Virus record (IMG/VR): IMGVR_UViG_3300025087_000092
Span: 1 to 51,856 of that record
Source: a virus
Lineage: Duplodnaviria > Caudoviricetes
Reading direction: 5' to 3' (one strand)
DNA: 51,856 nucleotides
Shown here: piece after piece, positions 49,901 to 51,856 of the stretch
Layout: every line of letters begins with the position of its first letter
Numbering within the stretch: the stretch's first letter is position 1
The notes under the pieces: model-generated
Databases searched by the model: none
What the model was told of the DNA's origin: nothing
Seen by the model: only the letters and a program-made list of their open reading frames with translations
Made by a program: the position numbers and the translations under genes

Positions 49901-51179
49901 TACAATGGCTGCTAATACTATTCATGAAGTAATGAATAATGTTTCTGATACTTTTAATCGTTATACGGGGCGCGAATTACTTGAAAATATAAGTCGTGGT
50001 ATATTAACTTCAGGTGGTAAATTTGTTGCGCTTGCAGAAATTCCGCGAGCAATTAAAGGTGATAAAAAGGCTATTAAATTTTTTGAAATTAATGGACCAA
50101 AAGACTGGAAAACATTATTGCAAAAAGGTGATTTTAAAACATTATCAGATAAGACTGGTGCCAGAATAGCTGAATTAACTCAACAATCTTATGATGTTAG
50201 AGATTTGCCAACATGGGCACTGGAAGGTAAATTATCGCCATTCTTTGCAATAGCTAAATGGAATATTGGCAGGGCAAATAATTTTGCAAAATATATTATT
50301 AATCCTGCAATGAAAGGTGATTTTGCTCCAGCTATTAAAGCAATATTAGGTGGATTTCTTAGTGCAACTGCATTAAATGAAGTGCGTCAATATTTGTTTA
50401 AACGTAAACCATCAGCGCCAGAATGGAAAGAATTGATTGAAGCCGGACCAAGCGCGGGTTGGGATGATTGGGCTTATAAAATGGCTACATTGTCAAGTTA
50501 TGCCGGATTTGCGGGCATTGTAGGTGATATGGCGCGTATTGGTTTTGATATAAGTCATCGCGTAAAACCACAGGGTTATAATATGCAACTTGCAGATTTG
50601 GTTGGCAATACCTTTGATATTATACAAAATGCAACCATTGCTATTCAAGATGGAGATAATCCTTATGATGTTTTGTATAATACATTGAAAGAATTAGCTG
50701 AATCAAATATACAAGTTGTTAAATTATATACAGCTTCAACTCGTAATGAAGCTGAACAACAACATGTTAAAGCACAAAATTATAGACGTGATTTGAGAAC
50801 ATTTGAATACTTACATGATTATCCATATGATAAGCTTAGTGGAACTATTGGTAACAGAGTAGGCGGCAGTAAAATTAAAGAATTCAAACGCACGCCAGAT
50901 TTACAAAAGGCTGCACAATTACTTCAGCAGGATATTATACCAAGTGAAATAGCAAGGTGGCGTAATAAACCTGAAGTTTTAATGCGTAGATTACGTAGTT
51001 TGAAACAAAATAGTTACCAAACATTTCCTAATATTGAAGAACGCCCAATTGAAGCTTTAGAATATGCTAGTTTTGTTAAACGTGTCAGGGGACAAAAAAA
51101 CCTGCAAGATATGTTGCAGGATTATTTGAAACAAAATGCTTTAAATAAAGCAAAATCATCATTTGTGCCAGTCAAGTAA
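43986..51179 (+). CDS. Giant (2397 aa) internal virion/ejection polyvalent protein
   Basis: Ala/Gly-rich membrane-like N-terminus; WPHELGE and FHENLH zincin-like motifs; ELQSxxHQ; helical C-terminus; last gene of the structural arm. Confidence 0.75.
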   Translation: MPQFLTEQQRRDIVAKFGYNPDEYDYVQFDGSPFPEPPPQQEVPSIEPPMSFGDALTTSLKDNAISGAAAALGTVAASSQLAHFFPGAGTAVAIGVPLITGFGTAISARLAQDAIRRKLQTAEVAAAYEAKIKKAREDQFAASLIGEIAPSFIAGGPIWGKELGNLGKYISRLPRRIIGKTGETIPQAEFNAALGSAVATGVGAGTETYAQYRNKEPINLGRIAGAAVGNFAMSGRLWNNRLNRKLGVRFDEPTATPLTGQRQAPETDIDVALSQAPDITPLSRAQITRNTALGVSPETLPANLQAQIAKQLRIPIDQPIRTTSAKGKEVKGVRQIDPTTGQPLRRYTEADLFKANEITRQNAGINRQEEAEIEARQQAASEIEQTNYEKKLQKIRAEVDEANKRNQQTLADYETSKKAPIQKQNVLDWRLRNLHNTINNARLTGSEQRPPIKAIETEPPPLLKPESLSSAEQIEADIDKSLYGTRYQEPKEKPYNELTPEEAIEYRRRLAIQRGVIKVHENGEVTGYFKADANGNPIRDNRGHYIPDSNGIPIRMAGVTYVSDRVIVIDAEYYNPDTWPHELGELFLNDLSQSTRLQDTDLYNKGLKLADGDRETLAEGVGLRAHELEKSRIRKEHTEQFKQWLQDFWSAVKNRWGGAKTNDIQALLARRLHDDAPYNETFGRQKMYSNLAKAIEQASVAFKQPGKAWNNILTSWASKGWIIGKDGVKRKVNRAEIRDTKLAEILNSDKLFTKTDIIKAIQDAESGQMIHEASSEIFGTYHTGNWFGNPKDTLVLTDKGIKVWSDDDSTHYGKANPNVDITEINRKIKQLEAESKVIIAAKNRLELHSRNIDNLPFDSPEVQEILALRNTYIEKLNKIGDELQKLRNESNIQQDPEKSKTIAWAELATVKDAITGEDILVATELQSNRHQTGREELYNDPEEIAKKTAAYKQQVADWEEIQKLRTEAVELQAEHDKFNSKLNVLYNKYQKALEDLRRGGETEELFKIYNEAFQKYEQMHTQSNDIFDKYYTISEAAAEKSDAYKEKYDTYNVDTKPRPESRILSIDEIDKDWKKTKVLFDEHQKLQGILSHTSENSPEYEKAKINKNIAYEKYRDATNKFFHDYDYSFVSDSNPAEPISAEKVKEWEEINEALSDYTTFNAHSDPTISFVMVNITRQTNLDIINFIKKHGNISVFDIKNILKQNDSSTAYNYLNRAIKENDSELNNKVSEEFTSLIKKEIKLNDLRNTYVNKYGHFDAYRPASLVDKLKENLVPMAPYRETEEWFKRMLKGMIDYAVRKGYKKVGWVNSSHAQNIQDSYDEGKYEKPYDVIYPKAVNAYLKEMGWNQQVKNTEIQHQNNPASRIEADTIFESDIVHTIEITPEIHQQIKNKGQAYFQEPKNNYAVRKLQKELAIFTRDLIKSRVLYPDTVAVKDLVDEGVELLGIYHPIQGQAVSIENSPTTAFHENLHKIHHQLSDDFRALIKYRIEHDNTGFIKYAVDTLTDEYKRNYQLTLYPVQQKNLADFDQFDTKGKVSVIFDALDEILAYGIDNDTVNSKQLKNIVTGFYGPEMLKIFTRANISPRDYPRYNPDQNAYYQESKTFKYGMPGFTGVVDKIAKTYGKAGEFLAGDIFEPMLINRRELIGKYRNAAIDLIKPFNKAERNRINQYGQEMYKNGKSTIQLTPAEENAYNNLRQLLVSAAQQQQVEGPLVREYDQNGKITFRKRGIDKNYWMISMPKLSVIQTLREKPYSSAAQQLREDYVNYFINDPRFNGNRQAVLAELQKNLDMFPKEGSARFIGIRLAKGKGIPPSWREDRLDRLFERYFVNFADDMAYYKHVESNPHARSLLKVTDQFGKHSDVKDKLPDGVTPIYNLSGSPQVEAVMRFIKGAYTGQDITLDSVNRLVRAGMLQTVTGIGDLLTSPGLALSQIPLRDFHEFFRGAFYVPTGVKIGKEQGIISSRSVAALESGMDTMAANTIHEVMNNVSDTFNRYTGRELLENISRGILTSGGKFVALAEIPRAIKGDKKAIKFFEINGPKDWKTLLQKGDFKTLSDKTGARIAELTQQSYDVRDLPTWALEGKLSPFFAIAKWNIGRANNFAKYIINPAMKGDFAPAIKAILGGFLSATALNEVRQYLFKRKPSAPEWKELIEAGPSAGWDDWAYKMATLSSYAGFAGIVGDMARIGFDISHRVKPQGYNMQLADLVGNTFDIIQNATIAIQDGDNPYDVLYNTLKELAESNIQVVKLYTASTRNEAEQQHVKAQNYRRDLRTFEYLHDYPYDKLSGTIGNRVGGSKIKEFKRTPDLQKAAQLLQQDIIPSEIARWRNKPEVLMRRLRSLKQNSYQTFPNIEERPIEALEYASFVKRVRGQKNLQDMLQDYLKQNALNKAKSSFVPVK

Positions 51180-51692
51180 AATATTCCCATTAATAAAATT
51201 TATAACTTTTTCAACCATACTTTTTTTGCTAGGCTTTATATTTTGTTCATCAAATTGTAAAGCCTCTTTTACTTCTTTACTCATTATATTAATTGCACAC
51301 CAAGGATCATTTGGTGTATATATTGGAGTATCATCCATATTTGATAATGTAAATTTAATTGATTTTGCATAGAAAATTGTTATTGACATGGCTGGTAATG
51401 TAACACGCAAAATATAATACGGTTTTATAACAACATTTGTTATAAAAGTTTTTAAACCTGTTTTTATATGATCTGGATTAATATTTCTTATATCTTGATA
51501 TAAATAGTTTTGTGCACAATATAAAATTAATTTGTTTCTATCTGCATATGTTGAACTTATTTTAGTTGATTCTATTCCTAATGTTCCAATATAATTGTTA
51601 ACAACATTTGGATCATGATCTGCATTAATATCAAAACCAACAGGTCTTAATTTATTATATATAAATATCATTTTATATCCTAATTCGCTCAT
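51159..51692 (-). CDS. Hypothetical protein, last gene of the left-arm transcript
   Basis: ATG 51692 overlaps the end of the DUF3987-like gene; converges on the giant gene. Confidence 0.6.
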   Translation of the reverse strand: MSELGYKMIFIYNKLRPVGFDINADHDPNVVNNYIGTLGIESTKISSTYADRNKLILYCAQNYLYQDIRNINPDHIKTGLKTFITNVVIKPYYILRVTLPAMSITIFYAKSIKFTLSNMDDTPIYTPNDPWCAINIMSKEVKEALQFDEQNIKPSKKSMVEKVINFINGNILLDWHK

Positions 51693-51856
51693 ATTTTCCA
51701 CTGATTGGCTTTATTTTTCCACTTAATACTAAATATTCTACTGCTTGATTTGTTGTTTGTTCATCGGCCCAATCAAATGATTTAACTACTAGCATTTTCA
51801 ATGACATCGGGCCGCAAACATCTAATAAACTCATTAGTCTATCAGCATGTTCTGCA
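51673..51856 (-). CDS. 3' end of the DUF3987-like ATPase across the circular junction
   Basis: Frame continues ...QAVEYLVLSGKIKPISGKYERIRI* to TAA at 51675-51673. Confidence 0.75.
   Translation of the reverse strand, partial: AEHADRLMSLLDVCGPMSLKMLVVKSFDWADEQTTNQAVEYLVLSGKIKPISGKYERIRI
51731..51856. repeat. Terminal direct repeat, copy 2
   Basis: Identical to 5-130. Confidence 0.95.

Noticed and set aside
2185-51372. Antisense and alternate-frame ORFs in the track (e.g. 2185+, 4031+, 9046+, 25563-, 43446-, 51163+)
   Set aside because: Shadows of longer motif-bearing genes, mostly against the strand organisation.

Overview
The window is essentially a complete, circularly assembled genome (about 51.7 kb; bases 5-130 repeat exactly at 51731-51856) of an AT-rich tailed dsDNA phage with podovirus-type organisation and no recognisable integrase. 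The minus-strand arm (18580 leftward, wrapping through the junction to 51159) holds early and replication genes. These include an SF2 helicase, a MoxR-like AAA+ ATPase with a VWA-like partner, a Cas4-like nuclease/AAA_24 ATPase/SSB-like recombination module, a UDG-like-fused family A DNA polymerase, MazG-like pyrophosphatases and a DUF3987-like ATPase that spans the junction. The plus-strand arm (19375-51179) holds terminase, portal, scaffold, capsid, two tailspikes, a holin/spanin cassette, tail and ejection proteins. The main finding is an apparent sigma54-based transcription system. The phage encodes a stand-alone sigma54 activator (bEBP AAA+ domain with no regulatory or HTH domain) and carries five intergenic and one intragenic -24/-12 sigma54 promoter matches, each in the sense of the downstream genes. 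The left-arm sites end in TTGCT and the structural-arm sites in ATGCT. Other leads are signal-peptide-bearing TN-rich virion-region proteins, tandem Csx16/Csx20-like candidate ring nucleases, and unusual PolA active-site substitutions. All family calls come from motif recognition by eye; no database searches were run.
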